From Dendrobates tinctorius (Eukaryota): DNA of 64,000 bases. Made by a program: the position numbers and the translations under genes. The notes under the pieces were generated by a model. It was not told where the DNA came from. It ran no database searches and saw nothing but the letters and a program-made list of their open reading frames with translations. Shown in pieces: positions 1 through 13,329 of the stretch (position 1 is the stretch's first letter; each line of letters opens with the position of its first letter). The stretch is taken from positions 5,518,001 through 5,582,000 of the forward strand of contig NW_027361687.1 of assembly GCF_039654945.1 (NCBI RefSeq), in the 5' to 3' direction.

Positions 1-2603
1 CATACTACATGCTACATACATACCATATACATACTACATGCATGCTACATACATACTACATGCATGCTACATACATACTACATGCTACATACATACTACA
101 TATATACTACATGCATGCTACATACATACTACATGCTACATACATACTACATATATACTACATGCATGCTACATACATACTACATGCTACATACATACTA
201 CATATATACTACATGCATGCTACATACATACTACATGCATGCTACATACATACTACATGCTACATACATACCACATACATACTACATATATACTACATGC
301 ATGCTACATACATACTGCATGCTACATGCATGCTACATACATACTACATACATACTACATGCTACATACATACCACATATATACTACATACATACAATAC
401 ATTCATACAATACATACATAGACATACAGTACATATAACATAGAATAACATACTTACCAATACTTGTCACATTGTTCCCCGAAGCCATTGTCTTTTCCGG
501 AATAAATATTAACATAACAAACCACAAAAATACTCACCCACGATCCGAAGCAGTCCACGAGTGTGTCCCACGACGATCTTGGGTAGAGAACTGCAGCATC
601 AGCTGTTGCTGCCGTTCTCTACGGGCTGCAGAAATCCAATGACGGAAGGTAGGTATCCTTCCGCACTGTATTCCTCCGCCACTTAAAAAAAAAAAAAGTC
701 CCTAGTCTCACTTTATGCCATTGCTGTGTGGGAAATTCCCACGCAGCAATGGCATAAAGTGAGACTAGGGACTTTTTTTTTTTTAAGTGGCGGAGGAATA
801 CAGTGCGGAAGGATACCTACCTTCCGTCATTGGATTTCTGCAGCCCGTAGAGAACGGCAGCAACAGCTGATGCTGCAGTTCTCTACCCAAGATCGTCGTG
901 GGACACACTCGTGGACTGCTTCGGATCGTGGGTGAGTATTTTTGTGGTTTGTTATGTTAATATTTATTCCGGAAAAGACAATGGCTTCGGGGAACAATGT
1001 GACAAGTATTGGTAAGTATGTTACTCTATGTTATATGTACTGTATGTCTATGTATGTATTGTATGAATGTATTGTATGTATGTAGTATATATGTGGTATG
1101 TATGTAGCATGTAGTATGTATGTAGTATGTATGTAGCATGCATGTAGCATGTAGTATGTATGTAGCATGCATGTAGTATATATGTAGTATGTATGTAGCA
1201 TGCATGTAGTATATATGTAGCATGTATGTAGTATGTATGTGGTATGTATGTAGCATGTAGTATGTATGTAGCATGCATGTAGTATATATGTAGTATGTAT
1301 GTAGCATGTAGTATGTATGTAGTATGTATGTGGTATGTATGTAGCATGTAGTATGTATGTAGCATGCATGTAGTATATATGTAGTATGTATGTAGCATGT
1401 AGTATGTATGTAGTATGTATGTAGTATGTATGTGGTATGTATGTAGCATGTAGTATGTATGTAGCATGCATGTAGTATATACGTAGTATGTATGTAGTAT
1501 GTATGTAGCATGCAGTATGTAGTATGTATGTAGTATATATGTAGTATGTATGTAGTATGTATGTAGCATGCATGTAGTATATACGTAGTATGTATGTAGT
1601 ATGTAGTATGTATGTAGCATGTAGTATGTATGTAGCATGCATGTAGCATGCATGTAGTATGTATGTAGCATGCATGTAGTATGTATGTAGCATGCATGTA
1701 GTATGTATGTAGTATGTATGTAGTATGTATGTAGCATGCAGTATGTAGTATGTATGTAGTATATATGTAGTATGTATGTAGCATGTAGTATGTATGTAGC
1801 ATGCATGTAGTATGTATGTAGCATATATGTAGTATGTATGTAGCATGCATGTAGTATGTATGTAGTATGTATGTAGTATGTATGTAGCATGCAGTATGTA
1901 TGTAGCATGTATGTAGTATGTATGTAGTATATATGTAGTATGCATGTAGTATGTATGTAGCATGTAGTATGTATGTAGCATGTATGTAGTATGTATGTAG
2001 TATATATGTAGTATGTATGTAGCATGTAGTATGTATGTAGCATGCATGTAGTATGTATGTAGCATGCATGTAGTATGTATGTAGTATTTCTTTTTTTTTT
2101 TTTTTTTTAACATTTAACACATTAGCCGGATGATGGGACTACTACTGTCCCATCATTGGCTAATGTGTCAATCACTGTCATGGTAGCAGGCATCGCCCGA
2201 TGGGACTTGTAGTCCCATCGGACGATGCTTGCACAGACCCCCGGACATCAGCACAGCCCCCCGGCAGGCCGGCACAGCCCCCCGGCAGGCTGGTACAGAC
2301 CCCCACGGGGTGCACAGACCACCGGCAGGCCGGTACAGCCCCCCGGCAGGCCGGTACAGACCCCGGGCAGTCCACACAGCCCCCCGGCAGGCCGGCAGAG
2401 ACCCCCGGAAGGCCCGAAATGACGGCGCATCATGATGCGCACACACCGCGCATCATGATGACGTCAGGCCGTCAATCAACTGAACTTCCGATTCCGATGC
2501 CGAATTCCGATATTGAAAAAATATCGGAAGTCGGTATCGGAATTCCGATACAGCAAGTATCGGCCGATACCCGATACTTGCGGTATCGGAATGCTCAACA
2601 CTA
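1..2603 (+). mobile_element. Non-autonomous hAT-type foldback (palindromic) element, copy 1; left end lies outside the window
   Basis: Palindrome centred at 735 (GTGGGAA-A-TTCCCAC), with CATA/CTA/CATG microsatellite arms and a GC-rich minisatellite. Right terminus ...ATGCTCAACACTA at 2603 matches the complete copy at 19349-22903. Confidence 0.9.
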
Positions 2604-2700
2604 GTCCCCAGGGGTCATGTTTTCAGGATTTCCATAGTAAATAGAAATCCTGAACACATGATCCGTGGGGACCACGAGGACTGGAGTTCGGGAAACACTG
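2604..2700. mobile_element. Right part of a small palindromic MITE (CAGTGTTTCCC terminus, hAT/Charlie-like), interrupted by foldback copy 1
   Basis: Inverted repeat TCATGTTTTCAGGATTTC / GAAATCCTGAACACATGA; terminus GGGAAACACTG; lies in the intron after exon 5 of the MADF gene. Confidence 0.55.
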
Positions 2701-4164
2701 GTTTACATCAAGCAACCGGTACTGTATATACTTACGCTCTTTAATCTGGGCCCGAACATCGAGGTCCTCCCAGCGGCCCACAAGGAGCAAACAGATTTCC
2801 TCCCAGAGTCGTCGGGTAACGATAAGGTCAGCGTGGCGGCGGTCAGCCATATTCCAGAGCGGCTCCCTTTCTCTGACGAGATCGATGAGGTGGTCCACAT
2901 CGAGTCCTCCATCCTCACCGTCAGAGTCGGGAGCACGCTGTGAAGGCTGTTAAAGAAAAAGACAAAAATAACATAATTAGCCTCCACAAAAGAAATGAAA
3001 TAAAAAGTGCAAAAAAACAAAGCAAAAATATTTATACTTACACGCTGGTGACCGCCGCGTTGCTGTCGCCGACGACCCTGGGAGGCACTGCGAGGACCTC
3101 TTGGCCGAGCACCAGATTGGGAAGACTAGAGAAGAAAACAAAAAATGTTATGTCTTTGGATGTAGGCATTTGTTTGCTGTGTGTGGTCTGCAGAACATTG
3201 TTTTCTATGTGTTGTGTGTAGTGTGATGTTGTGTTTCTGCGTTTGATGCAAAAAACTTACCAATTGTGAGCCCACTCCAAGTGTCTGTCCACCCCTTCCT
3301 TCTTCTTCTGGGAGCTCCTCTTCATCTTGTGAATCCTGTTTTGAAATAAAAGGCAATGAATAGACATATATTACAGAGATGATGGATTTTGGAAATAAAA
3401 ACTTACCGTCAAACGCTGACGATGAGAGGGAGGGCTCCCAGAAGAAGATGTGCTGTCCTGTTGATGGCCAGACTCCATGGCTGTGGGTATTGCTGCTGCT
3501 GTTGCTGCTGCCAGTGATGCCATTTCTGCTGCTGCTGCTGCTGCATCTCTTGGGCGGCTGTTGAATAAAGAGAAACAAAGGGCCAATGAATATCTTGATA
3601 TTCAATAGTCCTAGTTTGGAGGACTGGGGGATTTGATAATTACCGTCTCTCATCTGCTGCTGGCCTCCCCTCCTCAGCATGTTCCATTTGCTGCTCCATT
3701 TGGGGTGGTGGTGCTGATGGTGCTGCAGTGGTCTCCTGCCTTCTCCTGCTGCGCTTGGTTGCTTTCTTGGGTGGCATGTTGGGTGTGGCTGTGGGTCCCA
3801 CTGTCTTGCTTTTATATATGTCTTGTGGGCAGAGCTACTGAGCATGCTCAGACCAAAAAACCGGATCCGGCCACCGGATCCGGCTTTCGCCGGATCAGGC
3901 GCATTGCGGCGCTCATAGGCTTTCATTGTGTGAAAAAGCCGGACGTGCCGGATCCGGCGTGTCCGGCTTTTTCGCCGGAGACAAAAAACGTTACAGTAGC
4001 CGTTTTTTCCAGACGCCGGATCGCGACACATTGCCGGATCCGGCGAAAACCGGATGAAACGCATGGCCATCCGGCGAGATCCGGCGCAAATGCAAGTCAA
4101 TCCGGTTTCTGTCAAAAGTGCCGGATCGCGCCTGACGGCGAAAACCTGATGTGTGAAAGAGGCC
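2701..4164 (-). mobile_element. PIF/Harbinger DNA transposon, MADF-gene end; the remainder is interrupted and outside the window
   Basis: Terminus GATGTGTGAAAGAGGCC followed by TAA (4165-4167); subterminal CCGGATCCGG repeats; encodes a MADF protein. Confidence 0.8.
2736..3777 (-). CDS. Spliced Harbinger Myb/SANT-like (MADF) DNA-binding protein, exons 1-5; 3' part not visible
   Basis: Exons 3777-3644, 3557-3407, 3335-3261, 3125-3042, 2946-2736 all have GT-AG boundaries and splice in frame: MPPKKATKRSRRR...LDVDHLIDLVREREPLWNMADRRHADLIVTRRLWEEIC (MADF signature). TATA-like TATATAAAAG ~35-40 nt upstream of the ATG. Confidence 0.8.
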
Positions 4165-4545
4165 TAATCCTATCCTGTGTGATACTTTCTGCTGAGTTGT
4201 GTGCCTAATCCTCTCCTGTGTGATACTTTCTGCTGAGCTGTGTATCTAATCCTATCTTGTGTTACGGACTGCTCAGCCATGTATCTAATCCTATCTGTGT
4301 GATACTGACTGCTGAGCAGTGTATCTAATCCTATCCTGTGTGATACCATCTGCTGAGCCATATATCTAATCCTATCCTGTGTAATACTGACTGCTGAGCC
4401 GTTTACCTAATCCTATCATGTGTGTTACTGACTGCAGAGCTGTGTATCTAATCCTTTTCTGTGTGATACTGTCTGCTGAGCCGTGTATCTATTCCTATCC
4501 TGTGTGATACTGACTGCTGAGCTGTGTATCTAATCCTATCCTGTC
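4165..4545. repeat. ~39-bp minisatellite (GTATCTAATCCTATCCTGTGTGATACTGACTGCTGAGCT)n
   Basis: About 10 tandem copies; the Harbinger terminus abuts the TAA of one unit. Confidence 0.9.
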
Positions 4546-7500
4546 ACCCGCGACACTCCCCTCAGTGGTGGGAGTGTCACGGGTGGCAGCATGCTGGCTT
4601 TGTGAGCAGCGCACTGCAGATAACAGTGCAGGATAGCTAAGGGTGGCGCAGTGCTGGCCCGTATGAACCAGGGGCGCAAGGATCATCAGGGGGACACGGG
4701 CAGCAGTCGGCTGCCTCAGCCAACAATATGAATGACATCATACAGGGCACGAGTGGGGCATCTAACTATGGACAGCAGGATGCTGGCCCCAGATCCAGTG
4801 CGTCTACAGCAGCAGCAGAAGCTCAGAGGGTCCCTGCACAGTTGGCTGGCATGGCTATTGATATCAGTTGGCTGTCTGTGGGACAGGGAGACTAAGGAGC
4901 TGCAGAAACTACCTTGGATCAGCACAGGAGGGGATCTGGACAACTGCTGCTGGATAACAGATCTTCGGCTGCTGGGTTCACAGCGTCAAGGCACCCTGTT
5001 AACCCTTATTAGCTTCCCCTGAGTTTAGGAGTCAGGATGCATTTTCTGGAGGTGTTAGTGGGGGTGTGGGGTTAATTCTGCATGGGCTGAGAGATTTAAC
5101 TATGATATGGGGGTCTGGGGGGCTTCAGAGAGGGCTATCACCTTCCTCCGTGTGGCTGGGGAATTCTAGGGCGACTTTAGGGTCTGGGGGTTCACCAGGA
5201 ATTTTTGGTGGGTATGTAATTCCGGTGCAGGGGCAGGTGTTTCAGAATCTTCAGGAGGAAGTAGTGGGGCATCCGGTGTTACTACACCAGCAGATGATTC
5301 ATCGGGTTTGGGTCAAGCGACGGGGCAAGTGGGGAAAACGGAAGGAAGAAGCAATACGCTTGGATGATGCAGTGAAGGGAGAGGTATATGTATGTTTTGA
5401 CCGTTGGGGGCTCACCTGAAGCAAGATTTTAGAGAAAAAATCTGGAAAGGGGAATACATTGAAATATATTCCTTGCTGCCATTTAATTTAGATAGGATGT
5501 GGAGAGAGGATTCCAAGAAGGAAGATGAGGAGAAGAGGAGGTATCGTTCAATTCTCAGAACCATCTCTAACTGGTTGCAGGCGTTCCCTATTTTGGCTAG
5601 TGTAATTGGTGAGAAAGCCCCTGAAAATCGTTCTGGCCTTTTTTTTTATATGGATTCGATAGGTGAGGCATATCAGGTATATGGCGGTCAGTGCTGGTTA
5701 AGATATGACGAACAGTTTCATCAGCGGAAGGCAGTTCGGCCTAGTATTCAATGGGACCATAAGGATATAGCTTTGTGGATGAGTGTGATGGTTCTGTCTA
5801 GGATGGGGCAAAGTAGCTAGCCTTTTCCAGGGGGCACTGGGAGTTCGGGACAGTCAGGACACCTGGTGGCAATGCAAAGAAAACTGTGTTTCTCATTTAA
5901 TGAGGGGTCGTGCAAATTTGGGAACAAATGTAAATTGAAGCATGAGTGGTCAGCTTGTGGGGGCACGCATGGAGCAGCAAAATGTTTTAAAGGAGGCAGA
6001 CAAAGGGGGGGTGATACTGTTGAGAAAAGGAGTGATGCCAGTTCGGCTGGACATGATAGAGGGATTTCTAAACAGGTACTCTGATGCAGCGGCGGCTGCT
6101 TTGTTAAGAGAGGGTTTTAGGGATGGTTTTAAGATTCCATTTGTTGAGACAGTAGTTTAGTTTTCCACAAAAAAATTTAAGTTGGCATTGCAGTTTCCTG
6201 AAGTGGTTACTGATAAGATAAGGAAAGAATTTGCTTTGGGTAGGATGGCAGGTCCATTTGAAGTGGCTCCCCTCAGTAACTTGAGGGTTTCACCACTTGG
6301 TGTGGTTCCAAAGAAATAGCCCAATAAATTTAGGCTAATTCATCACTTATACTTTCTTAAAGGGTCTTCAGTGAATGAAGGGATTAATCCTCAATTTTAT
6401 TCTGTGTTGTACACATCGTTTGATATGGCCATGGATTGGGTGCGGTTGTGCGGAAAAGGGGCGTTGTTGGCTAAAACTAACATAGAAGCGGCATTTTGTT
6501 TGTTACCGGTACACCCTGATAGCATGAATTTGTTGGGCTGTTTTTGGGACTGAGGATTTTTGTTGACAGTTGTCTTTCTATGGGTTGTTTTCTTTCCCTT
6601 GCTTATTTTGAAACGTTTAGTACTTTTTTGGAATGTGCTGTTAAGGACGGGTCAGGGTTGAATTCGTGCATTCATTATCTCGATAATTTTTTATCGGTCC
6701 AGCTCAAGCTTCTGATTTTTCTTTGTTACTGCATACGATGGAAAGTATGGCAAAGAAATTTGGGGTTCCATTGGCGGAGGAGAAGACAGTTGGGCAGGTG
6801 ACTTTGTTAAGTTTTTGGGGATTGAAATCGACACTATGGCAATGGAGTGTAAGGTTATTCACAGGAAGGTTTGGCGGGGTGCTCAGTCTATTGAGGGGGT
6901 GAATGAAGCAAGAATTAAGGTAAATAGTGTGGTGTCTTGCTTTATGGTGAGGAACGGTGCGGTAGTAGTGCGACATGTGGATTTGGAGTCGGAAGAAGTG
7001 GAATTTTGGAGGACGAACGGAGTTCATTTGAATGCTGTCAACACAGATATGTGGTGTTTTGCCATACAAGATGGTATTGAAACAGGTTTAAAGGTGTGGA
7101 GGGATATAAATGTTTAAGGGGTCAGAACATTTATATTAGCGGCATGAGGGGAGGTCCTCAAAGTTGGTGGAATTGGGGAATGGCGGATTGGAAGGAGGGG
7201 ATCTCAAGTGTTCCTGGACTCCCCCAGGGTGAATTCAAGTGGATGGGGTTTAAGTAGTCCCGCGGAAGGGATGATAAAGGGACTCGTTAATGGGTTGTTG
7301 GTTTGGACAGGTTAGTTATTATCTGTCGCTAAGCTGGTGCATAGCGGCAGGGGGTAAAACTTAACGTGGGGGCCAAGGTGGAATTTGTATATCTGCAGTT
7401 TATATTTTGGGGCTTCGAGGACCACACCTTCTGGGAGGATATTGTTTTTTTTGTATTAAATGTTAATAAAAGGCTGCTGCGGCCAATTAATCCAATTTAA

Positions 7501-7590
7501 GTCTGGTGTGTTTATTGGGTTTTAGAGTAAAATAAATTTTGAAGAGTCAGAGGTTAAATTGGTTAAGTAAAAAGCTCACGAGTCATCATG
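4546..7590 (+). mobile_element. Degenerate, internally deleted DIRS/Ngaro-type tyrosine-recombinase retrotransposon
   Basis: Gag-like region (WLRYDEQF...WD; Cys/His motif CFSFNEGSCKFGNKCKLKH), RT motifs (SPLGVVPKK*PNKFRLIHHL, LLAKTNIEAAFCLLPVH, HYLDNF, FLGIEIDT), then an abrupt jump near 6850 to an SGNH-hydrolase-like C-terminus (NGVHLN). Multiple stops and frameshifts; boundaries approximate. Confidence 0.75.
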
Positions 7591-9319
7591 AATGCCCCTT
7601 ATGTCATGAAAAAAAATATGACTTTTGTAACAGAAAGTTATTGATCTACGTCACAATTTTTCAAGGTGTGTAAGGGGTAAAGTTTAACATTTGATGTGGG
7701 GAGACTTATAGTCCATGTAATTTTACAACACTTCCTAAAAGCACTAAAACACTGAAACAAGCAAAATAAATTTTACCTCATTTTCATTTTTGATCATTGT
7801 TCTTTTAGCTATTTTGCAATTTAGTCCGGATAGATAAACTTCTAAGGAGAAGGCTAAATAAGTCAAAGGGGAAAAAAATGTCAAATAAGAAAGCATATGT
7901 TGGAAACTGTCTATGTAATGTGAAAAACCATACCAAGGCAAAAAAAAGGCATAAAAAAATGTGTAGAAATAACTTGTATTTGATCCCTACAGGAAAAAAT
8001 ATGTAGCAACATAAGTTTATAAAGAAAAAATGGATATTGAAATCTGCCATGTCAATGTCAGGAAGGAAATAGAAAATTAAAAGAAAATAAGAGAAAAAAG
8101 TACAGTTAGAAAAAAAACACGCACAAAATGTCCTTTGATAAATACATAGTGGTAATTAAGTTATTTAGCAAGATATATAGTTTTAGCCCACTTTTCAGAG
8201 TTACTGAAGAAATGTATATTTCACTTTTAAACACTGTAATTATTATTTTTTTAATTGAGAAAGTTGATTGAGCTTACCAGAAGGTAAAAAATAAATTATA
8301 GGATTACATTCTGGAGAAGTTATTAGCAGGGTAACTTTTTTAATGTTTACACTATTTAACTTAGCTTTCGGAAATTTTGAAATTGTAAAATTTATATCCT
8401 AGTGTAAAATAATATATCAAGAAAATGTTTCCAGTGCTTTATCATAAATTTCATTAGAGTCAGAGCTTCACTGCTAGTTAAAATGATTTCATTTAGATTC
8501 TTTAGTCTATCTTTGATTTTGTGCTGTACCATCCGAGTGATTCCTTCTGCTTCCTAACCAATGTTTTCCAATGATATGAAGTATGAATCACTTAAACTCA
8601 GCTCAGACAGTAGGATGCCACCAGAGTATTCAGGTAATGTGATGTATCTATCAGTGTTCACTATACTTCTCTACATCATCATTGTTCAACTCCATTACAT
8701 AAACTCTGCTATTACAGCTCTGTCACATTAGTCTCCAACTCCACTAAAACTACTTCATTGCTCCAGTTCATCTATTCCAGCTCACTACATATTTAACATC
8801 ACTGTGTAATAGTATATCTGCCTTGCCATTGTCGCATGTGTTGCCTAAGATCTGCTCATCTGAATCAGTCTTTAAGGATTAACCTCATCATATAAGACAT
8901 AACAAATACATAAAATATCTCAGCATATACCACAAAAATAATATATTGGGTGAATAATTGAGGTTTAATGAAAAGTATATCAGATTAAACTCACTGGTTT
9001 ATGAGAAGGTCTTATAACTTAATCTAATTTTCAAAAACTGTAGTGTTTGCTTTTTCAATTTTTGCAAAGATTACAGTTTGAGCATTTGTGAGCCATGACT
9101 TTATTGATGGGATAATAAGCTCATTAAGTTATTCTCTTTATGAAGATTTTCCATTTTATGAATGATAAGACATGGCCCATTTTGAAGAAAACTAGAAATG
9201 GTTTCAGGATTATTTCATCAGGATTATTTAATCAAGGGTTTTTCAAGATAATAACAATGTAGTACCTGCTGAATAGGATAATGTGTGACTGGTGGTGAAA
9301 AGAGCCCTCTCTTCTAGCA

Positions 9320-10400
9320 ATGTTTACTCTACTTGCTCTCCTGGCATTGTTTGTTCAGTTCACCAACCTGGTACTCTACTTTGTACTTACTCACATGGCT
9401 CTCAACTCTCTATTTGCTCACTTGACACTGGCCTATCTACTTGCTCGACTGGCACTGTTCTCTCTCCTTGCTCGCCGGGCACTGTTTCTACTACTTGCTC
9501 ACCTTGAACTGTGCTCTCTATATTCTCACTTGTCACTGTTCTATCTTCTTGCTCAACTGGCACTGTTCTCTCTACTTGCTCAACTGGCACTGTCTCTACT
9601 ACTTGCTCACCTTGAACTGTGCTCTCTATATTCCCACTTGTCTCTGTTCTATTGTCTTTCTCAACTGGCACTGTTCTCTCAACTTGCTCAACTGGCACTG
9701 ATTCTACTACTTGCTCACCTTGAACTGTGCTCTCTATATTCTCACTTGTCACTGTTCTATCTTCTTGCTCAACTGGCACCGTTCTCTCTACTTGCTCAAA
9801 TGGCACCGTTTCTACTACTTGCTCACCTTGAACTGTGCTCTCTGTATTCTCACTTGTCACTGTCCTATCGTCTTGCTCAACTGGCACTGTTTTCTCTACT
9901 TGCTCAACTGGCACGGATTCTACTACTTGCTCACCTTGAACTGTGCTCTCTATATTCTCACTTGTCACTGTTCTATCTTCTTTCTCAACTGGCACCATTC
10001 TCTCTACTTGCTCAAATGGCACAGTTTCTACTACTTGCTCACCTTGAACTGTGCTCTCTATATTCTCACTTGTCACTGTTCTATCTTCTTGCTCATCTGA
10101 CACTGTTCTCTCTACTTGCTCACCGTGAACTGTTCTCTCTTCTAGTTCATTTTTCACTGTTCTACCTACTTGCTCAACTGTTCTCTCTATGTGCCCACTT
10201 GCCACTGTTCTCTCTACTCGCTTAGGTGGCACTGTTCTCTCTACTTGTTCACATGGCGCCGTTCTCTCTACTTGCTCACTTTGCACTGTTCACTCTATTC
10301 ACTCATCTGGCACTGTTCTTTCTACTTACACATTTGGCATTATTCAATTTTCTCACTCACTTGACACTATCCACTTTACTTTCACTGTCCAATTCACTCT
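9320..10400. repeat. 27-bp minisatellite organised as a 108-bp (4 x 27) higher-order repeat
   Basis: Base unit CTGGCACTGTTCTCTCTACTTGCTCAA; marker CCTTGAACTGTGCTCTCT recurs at ~9502, 9610, 9718, 9826, 9934 and 10042. Confidence 0.9.
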
Positions 10401-13329
10401 CAGCACCTAGCATCATTCCTTTCTACTTTTCAAATAAATTAAATGCTGTGTTGAGCATTTATGACAACAGTCTGTGACTGGAATCATTGGTCATTGGCCT
10501 TATACATTTGGCACTTGTGATACACCAATAGCCCTATTTATATAACTGGAGACTCACCAGTCCTATCCCCCTGATTGTCTCTTCTGTGGCACTGTATGGG
10601 TTTCAGATTTAATACTAGATGCAATGTATATAAAATATAGACTAATTTTTATTGCAATAAGAATTAAGGTGCTCAAGCTATAATTGACAAAGAAAAAAAA
10701 AATCTACATTTCTCCTGTCTGTTGAGCTGTTAAACCATGACCACTGACAAAAACTACTCCATTAGCCCTCGTAATCCCTAACCATGTAATATATATCTTT
10801 GTAATGAGATGTTTCTGAGCGTAGCCATTCCATTACTAATTGGTTCTTTGAGTGGAGATTTGATGAAAGTGTTAGCTTGGCACAGCAACGTTAAGCAACA
10901 TAGCAATTACTGTACCTTCCTTTTTCAGAAGGACGGTTACAAATGAATCTCTGGGAGCAATATGTCTAAACATAACTGTTTGTCAGTCTATTTCTTGTTT
11001 GTTTTGCAGAGACTTCGGTTCTGTCATTCATTTTGTGACAAAGAGCGATACACAGTCCATGTACAACCAGATCTGTAGTGAAATGAATTACAATGAAATC
11101 ATTATAATGAGGTGAATAAAGCAGGAGGTCACAGATTTCATATTTTGACTTCAATAAGGGCAATGTTGCATTTTAATGATTCCCTTCATCAGTGTTTTTC
11201 TTAACTTTGTAATTGAAAGTGAAGCTGAGAAAATAAGTTGAATTGAATGCTACTCAAATTTTGCAAAAATCCGCATTTGCCAAAACGTAGATATTTTGAA
11301 ATTTGCTTCAGCATGAATTCAGCAAAACAGTGTCCATTGGCTGCTATTTTTCGGAGCCATGATGGGTCATCAAATGGTTAACAGAGTAAAAAAAAGTTCT
11401 TATATCCTCTTCACCATTCACCTCTCCAGCCTCTTTGTTACTCACTGTCCACTGTCCAGATCTTTTAATCCACCGCAGCTGCACTTGTGAGTACGAATGT
11501 CATTGTGAATGTCATGACTTCATGATGCCGTTGACCTCCACTTTGCTTGCACAGAAGCCTCCCGGAAGCCACGACAGCCTGAAGTCTGGTAGAGTCTGAG
11601 AGACCCAAAGAATGGAATGAGAGTGGGGTTGAATCAGAAGATGCCATGAGGACTTGACTGGTGATGGTGAGGAGCGGATGGTCCGGAGAAAAGTGACAAG
11701 CGAATTGGTTCGGAAAACGATCACCAAACATAAATTCAGCACAAATATGGCACATTCGGATTCGTGATTGGAAACCTGAGCAAAATTTTTCAAAATAAGT
11801 AAAAATCAGTAACATTCAGTAAAAGTGCGGGATAATATTTGCCATGCCACAAAATTATTTTCAGCACTTTAGAAACAATAATGGTGGTGTATCATGAGCA
11901 TTTGGCATGTATTTAATGAAGGAAGGGAGTTTTCAGAGCCCAGAGGTGCGGCAATCTTGAAAGCACAGCAGTCTTTTCTTTTTTTTTTTTCGTTCTTAAC
12001 TTTATGTGTGCACATTGAAACTAGCCAATGAGGGCGCAGGAACAACCCCCATGTCCTGATACAATGGCTTGTGTCATTGGCTGCTGAAATCACATGTCCC
12101 TCTCCATATAAATAGCGGACATCTTGTTTTAGAACCATTCTGACACTAACAGCGCAGAAAGGCTGCTCCTGACGCATGTCATTGTTAGCAGCAAGATTTT
12201 AGCTAGTTAGTTAGGCGGTTGCATATCAGTCAGATAGTGTAGCTAGTGTCCAGTGTAGCTGTAAAATTTACCTTCTTGAATTTTTATTTTTTTTAGGGGG
12301 GGCATTACTGAGGTCCACAGACAAAGCCAGCAGGGCACATGTCCTACAAATGTGTTGTGCACTGCTTCTATTGTGCTTCATGCACGAGTATAGCATTCTA
12401 AATAATATTATATCAGTAGCTAAGTGTGAAAAAGCCTGCTGTATCCCACCTTGTCATTTAGTGCTGTGGTGATATGAAACTGCTACAGACCTAAGGCACA
12501 TTAAAAAAAAGTATATTTTTTCTGATGCTAAAGGTGAAAAAGCCTGCTGTATCCCATGTTGTCATATTGTGGCGGTGATATGAACCTGTCTGCAGATCTA
12601 ACGTGCATTTAGAAAAAAAATCAAATTTTTTTCTGTTGCTGAATGTGATACAGCCCGTCGTATCCCACATTGCCATGTTGTGGTGGTGATATGAAGCTCT
12701 CAGCAGACATAGCGCACATTAAAAAAATTAGAATATTTTGTTTTGCTAAATGAAATACAGTCCGCCACATCCCACATTGTCATGTTGTGGCAGTGTTATG
12801 AACCTGTCTGCAGACCTAACGCGCATTAAAAAAAAGTTCTAGTTTTTTTCTGTTGCTGAATGTGATACAGCCTACCATAGCCCACATTGTCATTTTGTGG
12901 CATTGATATGAAGCTGTCTGAAGACCTCAAGCACATTAAAATATTTTTTTTTTCTGTTGATAAATGTGGTACAGCTCGTTATATCGAACCTTTTCATTTA
13001 GTGGAGTTGAAATTGCTCTGTGTACAGAGCTGTTGCACATTAAAATTAATTTATTTTATTTTTTTTACAAACGTGATGCAGCAGTCAAGATCTGAGTTTG
13101 AAATTGTTTTGAGCCTATCTTCTAGATTTTGTGCTTCTTTGGCATCCAATTTAGCACGGGCATCTTTTATACCTAGCTTGAGACGCACTTCTGTTATACC
13201 TACTATCTGACAAGCATCAAACGCTCTCTGGTAATTGATGCTGGGTAGATGAGTAATAGTTGTAGGCTGGATCCTGGATCTTATACTTCCCATAGCCACC
13301 CTGTTATTGATCCTGTTGTACATTCCCAT

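Noticed and set aside
9-2120. Long His/Tyr/Thr-rich ORFs (also 19888-22275)
   Set aside because: Translations of CATA/CTA/CATG microsatellite arms, open in all three frames.
2168-2446. Pro/Gly/Arg-rich ORFs in GC-rich segments (also 19376-19886, 22323-22935, 24894-25723)
   Set aside because: Products of the ~22-bp CCGGCAGGCCGGCACAGCCCC minisatellite in the hAT element.
11010-11110. Candidate host exon (TTTTGCAG acceptor, GTGAAT donor, frame DFGSVIHFVTKSDTQSMYNQIC)
   Set aside because: No recognisable homology and no linked exons; needs RNA-seq or tBLASTn.
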